A stretch of 64,000 nt of DNA, taken from Lytechinus pictus. Its lineage: Eukaryota. The translations under genes and the position numbers were made by a program. This document shows, piece by piece, positions 52,250 to 64,000 of the stretch. Each line of letters begins with the position of its first letter. The stretch's first letter is position 1. Under the pieces are notes generated by a model, which was not told the DNA's origin, made no database searches, and worked only from the letters and a program-made list of their open reading frames with translations. The stretch is taken from positions 13,454,001-13,518,000 of the forward strand of contig NC_087247.1 in NCBI RefSeq assembly GCF_037042905.1, written 5' to 3'.

Positions 52250-53829
52250 TATAAGCAATCTCATTGGTTGAAAGTAGGAAAGCAGAAACCAACAGTCACG
52301 CACTGCACTACGACTCGAGCAATGCGCAAACTTCTCGCCTAGTATCTATAGCACCGTCTAGCGCAGCCTCCCATGAAGTGATCCATTTGCAATCTCATTG
52401 GTGGAAAGGAGACATGCAAAAATTAAACCATAACAACTCATTGATGAACGTACTCATATCGCGATTCGGACATGAGCAAACTTTTCGCCAATCACGAGCA
52501 CCGCCCAGCGTAGCACCTCATTGGTTGAAAATAGGCATGCACAAACCATAGGGACACACACTTTTTTTTTTCTCTCTTGCTTTTTTAGCCTTTATTCAGA
52601 TACTATTACATTTTTCATGTACAAGGGTAATAAATCAAATGCATGTATGCAAATTAAAGTGAAGTACACTTATACAGCAATATAACATATGAAATAATAT
52701 ACATCTTGATATAAATTTTTCGAACAAATATTATCATAACCCATAATACCAATAACAAAAACCTCGTAATTTCACGTAATAACCAGTGGAATAACCTCCA
52801 TTCATAATACAACTAGTTATATCTGTATATAAAACACGAACCTAAGAACAGAAAGACTGGCCAAATCCAAATAATTTAAGAGTCTGAAAAAGAAAATCAT
52901 GGGAAACAGAATCAAAAGCCTTTTCAAAGTCCACCGTAATCAAATATCCAATATTTCCAAAAGAGGACTGAAATAAAATATCATCGATTAATCTCACACC
53001 ATCTCCAATGTTCCTATTTTCAACATTCCCTATTTGATCAATATGAATTATCTCATTCAGAACCACACACGAATGTACACACTCCAGAGACACACTGTCA
53101 CGCACTGCGACTCGGACATGCGAAAACTTTTCGCCAATCACGATTGAGCACCGCCAAGCGTAGCACCTCCCATGAAGTTACCCATCCGCAATCTCATTGG
53201 TTGAAAATAGGCATGCACAAGAGACACGCTGTCACGTACTGCGACTCGGGCATACGTAAACTTTTCGCCAATCACGAGCACCGCCAAGCGTAGCACCTCC
53301 CATGAAGTGATCCATAAGCAATCTCATTGGTTGAAAATAGGCATGCACAAACCATAGAGACACACGCACGAATGTTCGTACCAGGTTCGTACACACTGTC
53401 ACGCACTGCGACTCGGGCATGCGCAAACTTTTCGCCAATCACGAACACCGGCAAGCGTAGCACCTCCCATGAAGTGACCCATCCGCAATCTCATTGGTTG
53501 AAAATAGGCATGCACAAGAGACACACTGTCACGCACTTCGACTCGGGCATACGTAAACTTTTCTCCAATCACGATCGAGCACCGCCCAGCGTGGCACCTC
53601 CCATGAAGTGACACATCCGCAATCTCATTGGTTGAAAATAGGCATGCACAAGAGACACGCTGTCACGCACTGCGACTCGGGCATACGTAAACTTTTCGCC
53701 AATCACGAGCACCGCCAAGCGTAGCACCTCCCATGAAGTGATCAATCCGCAATCGATTCTCATTGGTTGAAAATAGGCATGCACAAACCATAGGGACACA
53801 CACGAATGTACACACTCCAGAGACACACT
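52250..53829. repeat. ~120-165-bp-unit tandem array, interrupted by a LINE
   Basis: Recurrent CAATCTCATTGGTTGAAAATAGGCATGCACAA and TTTTCGCCAATCACGAGCACCGCC. Confidence 0.9.
52562..53063 (-). mobile_element. L1/Tx1 LINE fragment with poly(A) tail
   Basis: RNIGDGVRLIDDIL...LITVDFEKAFDSVSHDFLFQTLKLFGFG (L1-clade RT); AATAAA and poly(A) on the minus strand; flanked by CACACAC. Confidence 0.85.
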
Positions 53830-54721
53830 GGCCCGTATTCTGAAGTCGGGTTTAACTTAAACCTCAGGTTTAAGTCCGGTCTAACTCCAGTCTAAATCTC
53901 ACTTTAGACCGCGGGTTTAAGAATTCACTTTCTGAAGTCCGGTTTAACTTAAAACCTCGGTCTAAGTCGAGTCTAACTTGCGCAAAATTTAGACTCCGCC
54001 TAGGGGTAGTTTAAACCCGTGTTTAAACCATGGTTTAACTTTCAAAATGGCTGATCTGTTAGCTGCCTTGCGACGGGGAGAGCAAATGCTCGAATGGAAT
54101 CAAAGACAGATCGAGAGGCCATTGGTGGAAAGGAAAAACCCCATTCATATTTATGAGAACAACGAATTTCTGCAGCGGTATCGCTTCACAAAGCAAACTG
54201 CGTTACACATTATCGAAGAACTGACGCCAGCTTTGGATAGACGAGAGACACACAAGTCGCACTAATGCGGTGACTGTGCATCTTCAAGTTCTCACCGCCA
54301 TGCGTTTTTACGCAGTTGGTAAGTCGATCAGCATTTACATTCTTTTGATCATTAGATCTAACATCGTTTATTTTCATAAACTTAGAATTATTGTAAAAAA
54401 GTGGTAGGCCTAGTTGAATCATCGCTCAAAATGACTCACCCTGCAGCGTAGCGCGCTATCCATGTGATCGATAATCAGCTGTTCTGATGGTCAGTTGATC
54501 ATCGATAATAGCATCCACGAGTTAGCCAAGTCGAGTCAACCACGATGTTTTATTACGGGAACTGTCGAATCGAATACCAAGCAAATAGCTGTACCTGTAA
54601 CGTTAGTTGTAATTGTAAGTTTAAGTGTTAGAATTCTAAGTGGTGATGATGATGATAACGAAATTGAGCTTTTTGAGGTATGGCATGAAGTTTTGGTGTG
54701 CGTGCATGGCATTTATTTTGA

Positions 54722-55200
54722 ATAAACCCAGGCCAGGGACAGGTTATCGTACGCACTGGTTTTCCTACAATCCTTCTAACCAGCCAGGTGCCAGGCAGGG
54801 AGCTCCGGCCGGAGCCCAGTAGCCCACCGTGCATAAATACACATACTCACGGGACTAGGGTATGTGTAGCCAGGCGGCTTCAAAGAGAGTCACTCTCATA
54901 TGAAGGTGACCTTATGTTAGTAAATGATTTTCACTCTCTTTGAAGCCGCCTGGCTAGGTATGTGGTCACACCGTCACTTGGAAAGAAAATTGTGAAAACA
55001 GAAATTATGCACTTACCACGATTATGAAGGTCTATCAGTATCATCGTGTGTCAGCATCCTGACATCGAGGCACAGACTGGAACCTCTAAAAACCCTGAAA
55101 AATTGTCATGATGTACCTGATACCTCTCCTTTCATTTTCAAAATTATTAACAAAATGGCAGATCGAATCTGGGGTAGAAATACGAGGAGAGGTATCGCAA
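54722..55200. mobile_element. Diverged partial relative of the Mutator-like element at 49230
   Basis: Shares AATTGTGAAAACAGAAATTATGCACTTACCACGATTAT and CCTGACATC...CTGGAACCTC. Confidence 0.75.
54867..54956. mobile_element. 90-bp MITE with 8-bp TSD
   Basis: GGTATGTG|TAGCCAGGCGGCTTCAAAGAGAGT ... ACTCTCTTTGAAGCCGCCTGGCTA|GGTATGTG. Confidence 0.9.
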
Positions 55201-57289
55201 CATTGATTTTTATGATTTTCAGCTGTATTTTCAAGGTTATTATTATTATGAAAGAATAGTTCCTTATTAAGTACCCTAACTAAAACTGCAAAAAACCTGA
55301 TTAGGGAACTCTTTATCAGTTTATGAGAAAATCCATTTTGAAATGTGTTGCAAAGTACATCCTGTATATGCATGATTTAATATGCTTCTTATGAAGCACA
55401 AAGATTTGGAAGAATTTCACGGTCAAATGAATTTGAGTTCAAATATTTTATGTAGCTTAAAGTAGAACAAAAGCAGCGAAAAAATAGGTTTACTGACGGA
55501 TAGTATACTATATTATCACTTGGTCTAATCATCAGATGGGCTAACAACATTTGGGCTTAACCCACTTAGTCCAATTTGCTTTTGGTCTAATGACCACTTG
55601 GTCTAATAGCCAATTAGTCTAATCAACTCTAATGACCACTTGGTCTCATGGCCACTTGACCATGTGGTATTAGACCATCCGATAATTCACCAAAAATACA
55701 CGGGGATGGCGGGTGAATTCGCCCTGGAAATGCCTAAAGTCGCCCTCGAATCACCCAAAATCATGTTTTATGTCGCCCCCAAAATAATTGCCCAGTGATA
55801 ACAACTTAGCGGCCTACGAGCGCCATATAGGCCGTGGGCCGAACGATCAAAAGTGCTTTAGTTTTTAACTTTTGCTTCAGTTGACCCTGAGGTATTTTTG
55901 ATATACTATATGTTTCTAAGGGGCAATTTTATTTTCATTTCATTTTCTGTAGGCAGTATGCAATCACAATGGACTGCTAATCAACCTTGTTGCCAGGTGG
56001 CCAGGAGGAACTCATGATTCCAAAATATTCAGAGAATGCCAACTGAAAAAAAAATCTTGAACGAGAAAGTCATGAAGAAAAATGGCTTCTTGGCGACAGT
56101 GGGTAAGTATTGAATATTAATACACATACTTTATTAACATGTCATCGTACAACAACAATTTATTTCGTTCCAGTTTTCACATATATGGCTATGGTTTGGC
56201 TCAGGGACCTCGAGAATGATATTATTGATAAAGCTTTGGAATTGCACCTAATAATTCCTCACCAAAGATTAAATAAGTTTGCAAAATTGCAAGAATTATA
56301 AATTTCCAAGAAGGTTGCAGCTAATCCAGTTAATAAATGTAGTAGTACACAAAAGGGAAATTATGTTGCAACCTTATTGGTTTAAATGGGTGGGGGTGGT
56401 ACAGGGTACAAGCTGCAGAGAAAGTGAACCATTTTTGTAAAGTATTGTAACCTTGTAAAAATAAAAAGAGTGAATTACCTAGACCAAATTCAAAGCACCT
56501 TATCAAAATGTACTGTTGTCTTGTTTATTTAAAACCTTCTCAAGTATGGAAGAACCATGTTTTTTAACTGTTATGATGAAATCACAGGAAAGGTTAGCAA
56601 TTGAACATTTTGTATTGCTTAAGGGTGTTAATTTCTAGTTTTACCTTTATCTTATTTCTGGCTGTGATATCATGCATTAAAACAAAAAGTGTTATTTTAT
56701 GGCCATTTACAAGTTAACATTTAGGTATGAAGTGCATAGTTCCATATTTCTATAAAGATTTTGGAAAACAGTGCGGGGGCTGAAAAATATGAAATGGCCA
56801 TCTGGTTATGATTTTTTGCATGGTCAGCCCGCTAACTGTAAAAACCTTTCCGCTGACCCTGCAGTTAACATGCACCCCCACCCCCCAATCCATTTAGCAC
56901 TACTTGCTCATGTGTATGTACATACAAGCTACATTGTGAGGAATAATTTCACTTTTTAAGTTTCTCAGCCAGAGCATATGCCATTTACAGTGGCGGATCC
57001 AGGGGGGTGGCGCAGGGGGCGCGCGCCCCCCCTAATATTTGAGCGGCGCCGAAGGCGCCGCTCAAAAAAAAAAAAGTAAAAGAAAGAAAAGGCGCTGCTT
57101 GAAAAAATAAAAATAAAGGAAAGAAAAGAAAAGGCGCCGCTTAGAAAAATTATACACTGATATAATATTAGCAACAGTAAGAAAAGACTATCCCCCAGCA
57201 AAGCACAATCATATCATCTTCCTTATCATTTCTTTTAACTACCCTTTTCCCAACAATTTCGCCGGTTAAAAATAATCATTAGTGCGCTG

Positions 57290-58450
57290 CCTGCATATAA
57301 CTGGCGCCAATCAAGAATAATCAGCGCCACCTTAATCTAAATCGGCGCCGGACAAGAATAATCAGCCCCATTTGGTTATAAATCGGCGCCGGTACAGAAA
57401 AATCGACGCTGCCTGAGTTCTAAACCGGCGCCGATCAAAAATAATCAGCGCCACCTAAATCTAAATCGGGGCCGGACAAGAATAATCAGCGCAATCTGGT
57501 TATAAATCGGCGCTGCCAGAGTCTTAACCGGCGCCGATCAAGAATAATCAGCTCCACCTAAATCTAAATCGGCGCCGGGCAAGAATAATCAGCGCAATCT
57601 GGTTATAAATCGGCGCTGCCAGAGTCTTAACCGGCGCCGATCAAAAATAATCAGCGCCACCTAAATCTAAATCGGGGCCGGACAAGAATAATCAGCGCAA
57701 TCTGGTTATAAATCGGCGCTGCCAGAGTCTTAACCGGCGCCGATCAAGAATAATCAGCTCCACCTAAATCTAAATCGGCGCCGGGCAAGAATAAACGGCG
57801 CCATCTGGTTATAAATCGGCGCCGGTAAAGAAAAATCGGCGCTGCCTGAATTCGTAACCGGCGCCGATCAAGGATAATCAGCGCCACCTATATCTAAATT
57901 GGGGCTGGTCAAGAATAATCAGCGCCATCTGGTTATAAATCGGCGCCAGTCCAGAATAATCGGCGCCTCCTGGTTCTAAATCGGCGCCAGTCAATTATGA
58001 ATTGCCACTGCCTGAATCTTACGTGACGTCGGTAAAAATAATCAGCACTACTTGTTCTAAATCGGCGCCGGTCAAGAATAATCAGCGTCCCCTGGTTCCA
58101 ATAAATAGGCGCCGGTAGAATAATGAAGAAGGGCCTATTGCCAACCAAATCTAGATCGGCGCCGGACAAGAATAATCAGCACCACCTGGCTAAAAATCGG
58201 CGCCAGTCAAGAATAATCGGCACCTCCTGGTTCTAAATCGGCGCCAGTCAATTATGAATTGCCACTGCCTGAATCTTACGTGACGTCGGTAAAAATAATC
58301 AGCACTACTTGTTCTAAATCGGCGCCGGTCAAGAATAATCAGCGTCTCCTGGTTCCAATAAATAGGCGCCGGTAGAATAATGAAGAAGGGCCTATTGCCA
58401 ACCAAATCTAGATCGGCGCCGGTCAAGAATGATCAGCGGCACCTGGTTAT
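57290..58450. repeat. GGCGCC-rich minisatellite with higher-order units (~114 and ~257 bp)
   Basis: Recurrent AAATCGGCGCCGG(A/T)CAAGAATAATCAGCGCC. Confidence 0.95.
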
Positions 58451-59233
58451 ACATTTTATTGTTGAATGGTCATAACAAAGCTTATCGCATGCCCTTACAG
58501 AGTGGACTTGGGCGGGGCAGTTGCCCACAGAATGACAGATGTCATGAAATCTTTAATTTATTTTAAAAATCCCAGCATCATACAAAAGCGTAGAGCAAAT
58601 CCTTTAATTTGATCTTATTTTCCAATGCTTTAATAAAAAGAAGGTCAGTCACTTTTCTTCTTTACACATTCCACATTGTGCCACCTCTATGGCCTTTAGT
58701 TTAAGACAGCTTCTATAGTGTTTTATACGAAGCCCCAAACCGGACATTTTTGACAACCAAAAAAAAAAAATTATCACGTACGTACGTAGTATTATTACGT
58801 ACGTACGTGATGATTATTACGTACGTACGCAGTATTATTGCGTACGTACGTGATAATTATTACGTACGTACGTGATAATTATTACGTACGTACGCAGTAT
58901 TATTACGTACGTACGCAGTATTATTACGTACGTACGTGATAATTATTACGTACGTACGCAGTATTATCACGTACGTACGCAGTATTATTACGTACGTACG
59001 TGATAATTATTACGTACGTACGCAGTATTATTACGTACGTACGCAGTATTATTACGTACGTACGTAGTATTCTAATTTTCATTGGTCTATGGAATCCGAT
59101 ATTCGCCGAATGTGGCCGACATCGGCACCCCGCATTGGCCCAACCAACGTCAGCTTGCTAGCTGGGACCATGGTTGGACCATAGTCATGCTGGTGATGAT
59201 CATGACTTTTCATCGATTATAGGGCCTATATAA

Positions 59234-61874
59234 CAGGGACCTGGGAACGATTTTTTCAGTGGGGGTGCTGAAATCTCTCCTCAAAGGTGGGGGGGACACA
59301 ATAATTGAATTTTCCATAATTACACACACACACACACCTCTAAGGGCACCACACACACACCAACCAATCCTCCCCCCACACACATATATATTACATATAT
59401 ATATATATATACATATATATGACAGTCACTTCTTAGCTTTCTTCTTATAAAAGAACATAGATATATAATGAGATAAGTCGAGCGCGATCGAAACGCGAGC
59501 TATTTTTTTGGGGGGGGGGAAATTCATGTATTTTGTCCTCAAAAATTGAATATTTTGAGCAATGTTTGTGGTCCTGAACAAGATGCGTATGTAACAAATA
59601 ATAACTGCGAACGTGATCAGTGCGAGCAGATATTTTTTATATACGCTCTGGTCTGATCGAAAGGGAAGTGTTATAAGGAATGTTTGCAGTTACTCATTAA
59701 GACGATTCATATATCACCAATCAAATAATGCGAGCGCGAAGCGCGAGCTGAAAAAATTGACATTCCGACCTAAATACTGGACATTCTAAGCACTTTTTGC
59801 AATCATGAACAGGATAAGATGCGAGCGCGAAACGCGAGCGGAAACAAAATTGAGATTTCAGACCAAAAAAACGAGACATTCTAAGCACTTTTCTAATCAA
59901 GAACAGGATAGGTATATAAATATACAATTGATGCGAGCGCGAAGCGCGAGCGGAATTAAAAATGAGATTTCAGACCTAAAAACAGGACATCTTAAGCACT
60001 TTTCTAATCATGAACAGGATAGGTATATAACTATACAATTGATGCGAGCGCAAAGAGCGAGCGGAAACAAAATTGAGATTTCAGACCTATAATTGGGACA
60101 TTCTATTCATGTTTTGAAAATCAAGAAAATGATGGGTAATTGGATATATTCTTACATTAATAATGTGAGCGCAAAGCGCGAGCAGAAATTTTTTGATATT
60201 CTGATCTGAAACTCCACACTGAATGCAATATGGTTTGAACAGATAAAGAGAAATCAGGCGAACATAAGAATAAAGATTTGATCAAAATCCGACAAGGAAT
60301 ATCAAAGTTATTGCATTTTAAAGATTAGCATTATTCCGGTGAAACAGTTTTAAGCATGTCTTCATTAATATTCAGTGAGCAAACTGATGATGTCATATCC
60401 CCAATTGTTCTTTTGTATTTTATTATATAAAATTAGGTTTATTTGATATTTTCCCTTCAAGAACCAAAAAACAGTTGAATTGACAACTAATTTAGTCTAT
60501 TAGATATTCTTTGCTGCAACTTATTTCATTATAAGGGAGACATATCATTCACACTGGTATGAAAAAATTAAACAATTTTGATTCCATGTAATAACACAAG
60601 AAACAGGATAGTGGGGATGTGATATCTTCAACCCGCAAGGGCGGAAATCCCAGAGGGGACAGGGGGACGTGTCCCCCTACCAAAAATAGTAGGGGGACAC
60701 AATATCAAATGCCCCCCTACTATTTTTGGTCTTTCATGGAGAAAAATACATCACTTCACAATCGAAATAATAGCTTTTGGACTAAATGACCTTACATTTT
60801 GGGTGAAAAACTTTTTTTTCTTTTTTTTATGCTTGTCAAATTTTCCATGCAGGCCCTGGTCCCTCTACCTTTGGGAAGAGATTTCCGCACATGTCAACCC
60901 ACCTATTTAATATTCATGACGACATGCATATCACCATTTTCATAAACTGTTGCTAAACTTTAGAATTAAATAACTTAACTATTTGTTATCAGATTTTCAT
61001 AAAATTGTATTTGATATAAATATTTTCAGCCCGGAGTAGCCCCAAAACAAGCTGCGTATCTGAATAAACATGCGTGCGCGTGTTTAGAGTTAGCCCTTTA
61101 GTATCTGGGCGTTGTAAATACTTTGTTTTTATTATAAAAATCAATAATGCGAGCGCGAAGCACGAGCAGAAAATATTTGATATTCCGATTTGAAAAAGGG
61201 TGAATTTAAACACTATTTTAAGTACTGTGTCGGAAAATTCTTAAGGGGGTGGGGGTCTACAAAACGTCGTTCATTTTCATTACATTTCTGTCATTCATCA
61301 ACTTACCACTAGATTTCCAGGAGGTGTTGCCTATGGAAAATAACACATGCAGCACCCCCACATTTTGGGGTGCTTCACCCCCAGCACCCCCGCTTCCCAG
61401 GGCCATGGGGCAGGGCGAAAAAGACTGAAATTTGATTTTTATTGTCTGAATTGTAATTCTTTATACAAAACACGGGCGGTCGGGCTCGCCCACACTTGAT
61501 TCGACATAAAACCCTCTAAGTTTCAAGTCCAACCACACCCTTGTCCCTCCCCGCTATCGAGTAGTCATGGTAGTGTGTAAACTATAATGGTTATCACGTA
61601 TCGCGCGCGACTACGTCTGTATCGGCGTGCCGGAGCTTGATTGAGTCGCGTTACATGTTATAGGAGGGATGTTATTGGAATATGTGAAAGACGTTGTATG
61701 ATTTGCGATTGTCGGATGTGATAATTATGTACATTATAACATATATAAAAAATACAAAGGGAACCTGATTTCGTGGGGGTGCTGCCTATGGAAAATAATA
61801 CACGCAGCACCCCCAGGAAAAATTTTGGGGGTGCTTCAGCACCCCCAGCACCCCCGCGAGTTCCCAGGTCCCTG
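59234..61874. mobile_element. hAT-like non-autonomous element nested in the IS3EU-like element
   Basis: CTATATAA|CAGGGACCTGGGAAC ... GTTCCCAGGTCCCTG|CTATATAT; internal GCGAGCGCGAAGCGCGAGC repeats. Confidence 0.75.
60636..60893. mobile_element. hAT-type MITE (innermost nested layer)
   Basis: TCAACCCG|CAAGGGCGGAAATC ... GATTTCCGCACATG|TCAACCCA. Confidence 0.7.
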
Positions 61875-64000
61875 CTATATATAACCCACAATATTCATAT
61901 GATAACCATTTCATTTGTTCTCGTCATCAGGCTGTGTTTTCAATTAAACCATTCCTTTCAGAAACTGCTAGAAACACATTGGGGAAAGGACAATTAAAGG
62001 CCTATTATGTTAGTGTTTTGGCGAGACAGTTTTTTTCAAAAATGTACCCACACGCGACACTGGGATGAGCCCCTATTATTTTACCACCCTTTTGAAATTG
62101 CTTCGTTCTCTGCTTAAATTTGAATATGATATGGTATTAATTGATGTAAATTAAGTGAAGATGTATAGGTGTTTAAAAAAAGAAAAACTATTTGAAGAGG
62201 CTGGTATTTAAAGGGAAATTCTATGCGGGAACAATCAAAGCAGAAGGCCTATTGTAGGCCCACATAAAAATTTAAAGCCTGCGGGCTTCGCGCTAGCGTG
62301 ATCAGATTTCAGTAACTACCGGTATTTGAATTCATGTATGACCTTTTGGGAGATAACATTACGTACGTACGTAATAAATACTGCGTACGTACGTGATAAT
62401 ACTGCGTACGTACGTAATAATTATCACGTACGTACGTAATAATACTGCGTACGTACGTGATAATACTGCGTACGTACGTAATAATTATCACGTACGTACG
62501 TAATAATACTGCGTACGTACGTAATAATACTGCGTACGTACGTAATAATTATCACGTACGTACGTAATAATACTGCGTACGTACGTGATAATACTGCGTA
62601 CGTACGTAATAATTATCACGTACGTACGTAATAATACTGCGTACGTACGTAATAATACTGCGTACGTACGTAATAATTATCACGTACGTACGTAATAATT
62701 ATCACGTACGTACGTAATAATACTGCGTACGTACGTAATAATATTACGTACGTACGTAATAATACTGCGTACGTACGTGATAATTTTTTTTTTTTTTGGA
62801 TGTCAAAAATGTCCGGTTTGGGGCTTCGTAGTTTTATGAAGATGATTCGATATTTTAGCCCAAAACTATGCTACAACCCGTTGCTAGTACCGGGAGTGTA
62901 TAATTACGCAAACATTCGTATATTGAGATTGAGCTACACAACTCGTTCTTTATTTAAAATCGTGCTTAAATTATCCGCTTCTCAGATTGGAATATACAAA
63001 TTTTCAGCTCGCGCTTCGCGCTCGCATCATTTCTGTGGCAAAACCCCATACTTTTCATGATTAAATAGGTGAATAGAATGTCCCTTTTTCAGGACTAAAC
63101 GTCAAAAGAACTCCCGCTTCGATTTGCAATAATCTTTTGCTGGATAAAATCTTGTTCTTTATTACAAACGTCCATTAAACTGTCATTTTTTTCAGATCGA
63201 AATATCAAAATTTTAAGCTCGCGCTTCGCGCTCGCATCTATTGTCTTTTTAGATACCCATCTTAATCATTGGTACCAAAAATGCATAGAATATCAAGTTT
63301 TCTGGTCAGAATATAAAGAAATTTCAGTTCGTCCTAGGCACTCGCATTATCTGTGTAGTGAAATATGTATCCTCCTCATGAGTTACTACAAACAGTCCTA
63401 AACAGGCACCTTTTTCTTGTTTTCAGGTCAGTATACTAAAAAATTTCAGCTCGCGCTTCGCGCTCGCATTAACTTGTGGGTGAGATATGTGTTTCTATCT
63501 CATGAGTCATATAAGTATATATATATATATATATGCATATGTGTGTGTGTGTTTGTGTGAGTTTGTTTGTTTTGTGTGATATTGAGCGCCTTTGGAAAGT
63601 TGATTCATGATTTTGCCCCCCAAATCTTAAAAAAAGGATCGACGCCCCTGTGTATATATATATATACATATAGTAAAAAAAACTTGTATCTCTATTAATA
63701 TACAAAAGTATTGGCCTCATCGCAATAAAAGGGTTATTACACGATATTTTGAAATCGCACATAACATGCATACTCTGTGCTTGTTTCTTTCTTTAATAAG
63801 TTTTTCAATCTCTCTCTATACATGTTTTAGAAAGATTATATGTTTAGATTGATGTATATTTCTGTTATAATGAGATATGTTTAAGTGGACTTCAGGGAAT
63901 TGTCGTTCGCAGCAAGGGGAAAGGGGGGGGCACATTCGCGATCTGCTGTTGTGAAAAACAATTTTTTTTTTTCATTAACATTTCATGAAAACTATGAAAA

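Larger units (their letters stand above)
53830..56102 (+). pseudogene. PIF/Harbinger transposon left end and intron-containing transposase pseudogene (exons 54047-54318 and 55953-56102)
   Basis: Terminus GGCCCGTATTCTGAAGTC; EFLQRYRFTK...LQVLTAMRFYAVG|gtaagt; ag|AVCNHNGLLINLVARWPGGTHDSKIF...WLLGDSG|gtaagt (DDE_Tnp_4 motifs); frameshifts; middle exons not found. Confidence 0.88.
58726..62830. mobile_element. IS3EU-like non-autonomous DNA transposon, 6-bp TSD, subterminal ACGTACGT arrays
   Basis: GTTTTA|TACGAAGCCCCAAACCGGACATTTTTGACA ... TGTCAAAAATGTCCGGTTTGGGGCTTCGTA|GTTTTA; inverted 21-bp-unit arrays at 58771-59070 and 62358-62783. Confidence 0.85.

Noticed and set aside
54047-56102. Domesticated HARBI1 gene
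   Set aside because: Frameshifts, missing middle exons and an adjacent transposon terminus indicate a dead transposon.
57290-58450. Repeat array superficially like CRISPR
   Set aside because: Intervening sequences are themselves repeated, there are no unique spacers or cas genes, and the context is eukaryotic.

Overview
Eukaryotic, AT-rich, repeat-dense window. The repeat content suggests a sea urchin (inference). There is one intact protein-coding gene: a 5-exon DNAJC9 orthologue (+ strand, 2976-14253, 262 aa). Most of the rest is transposon debris: CR1/L2-type and L1/Tx1 LINE fragments, SINEs, many MITEs with readable target-site duplications (TSDs), a Crypton-type tyrosine recombinase pseudogene, a Harbinger transposase pseudogene, an IS3EU-like element and several satellites. 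The most unusual structure lies at ~20.6-50.1 kb on the minus strand. It looks like a spliced, non-coding or pseudogenised transcript ending in a ~4.2-kb fold-back. The arm mismatches are strongly biased to G:U pairs on the minus strand, an AATAAA sits just past the 3' arm, and the block is tandemly duplicated (~9.4-kb period) with a conserved ~90-nt hairpin. It is a candidate hairpin-RNA/endo-siRNA locus. Two Penelope-type remnants carry minimal hammerhead ribozyme motifs with variant cores. All alignments and counts were done by eye.
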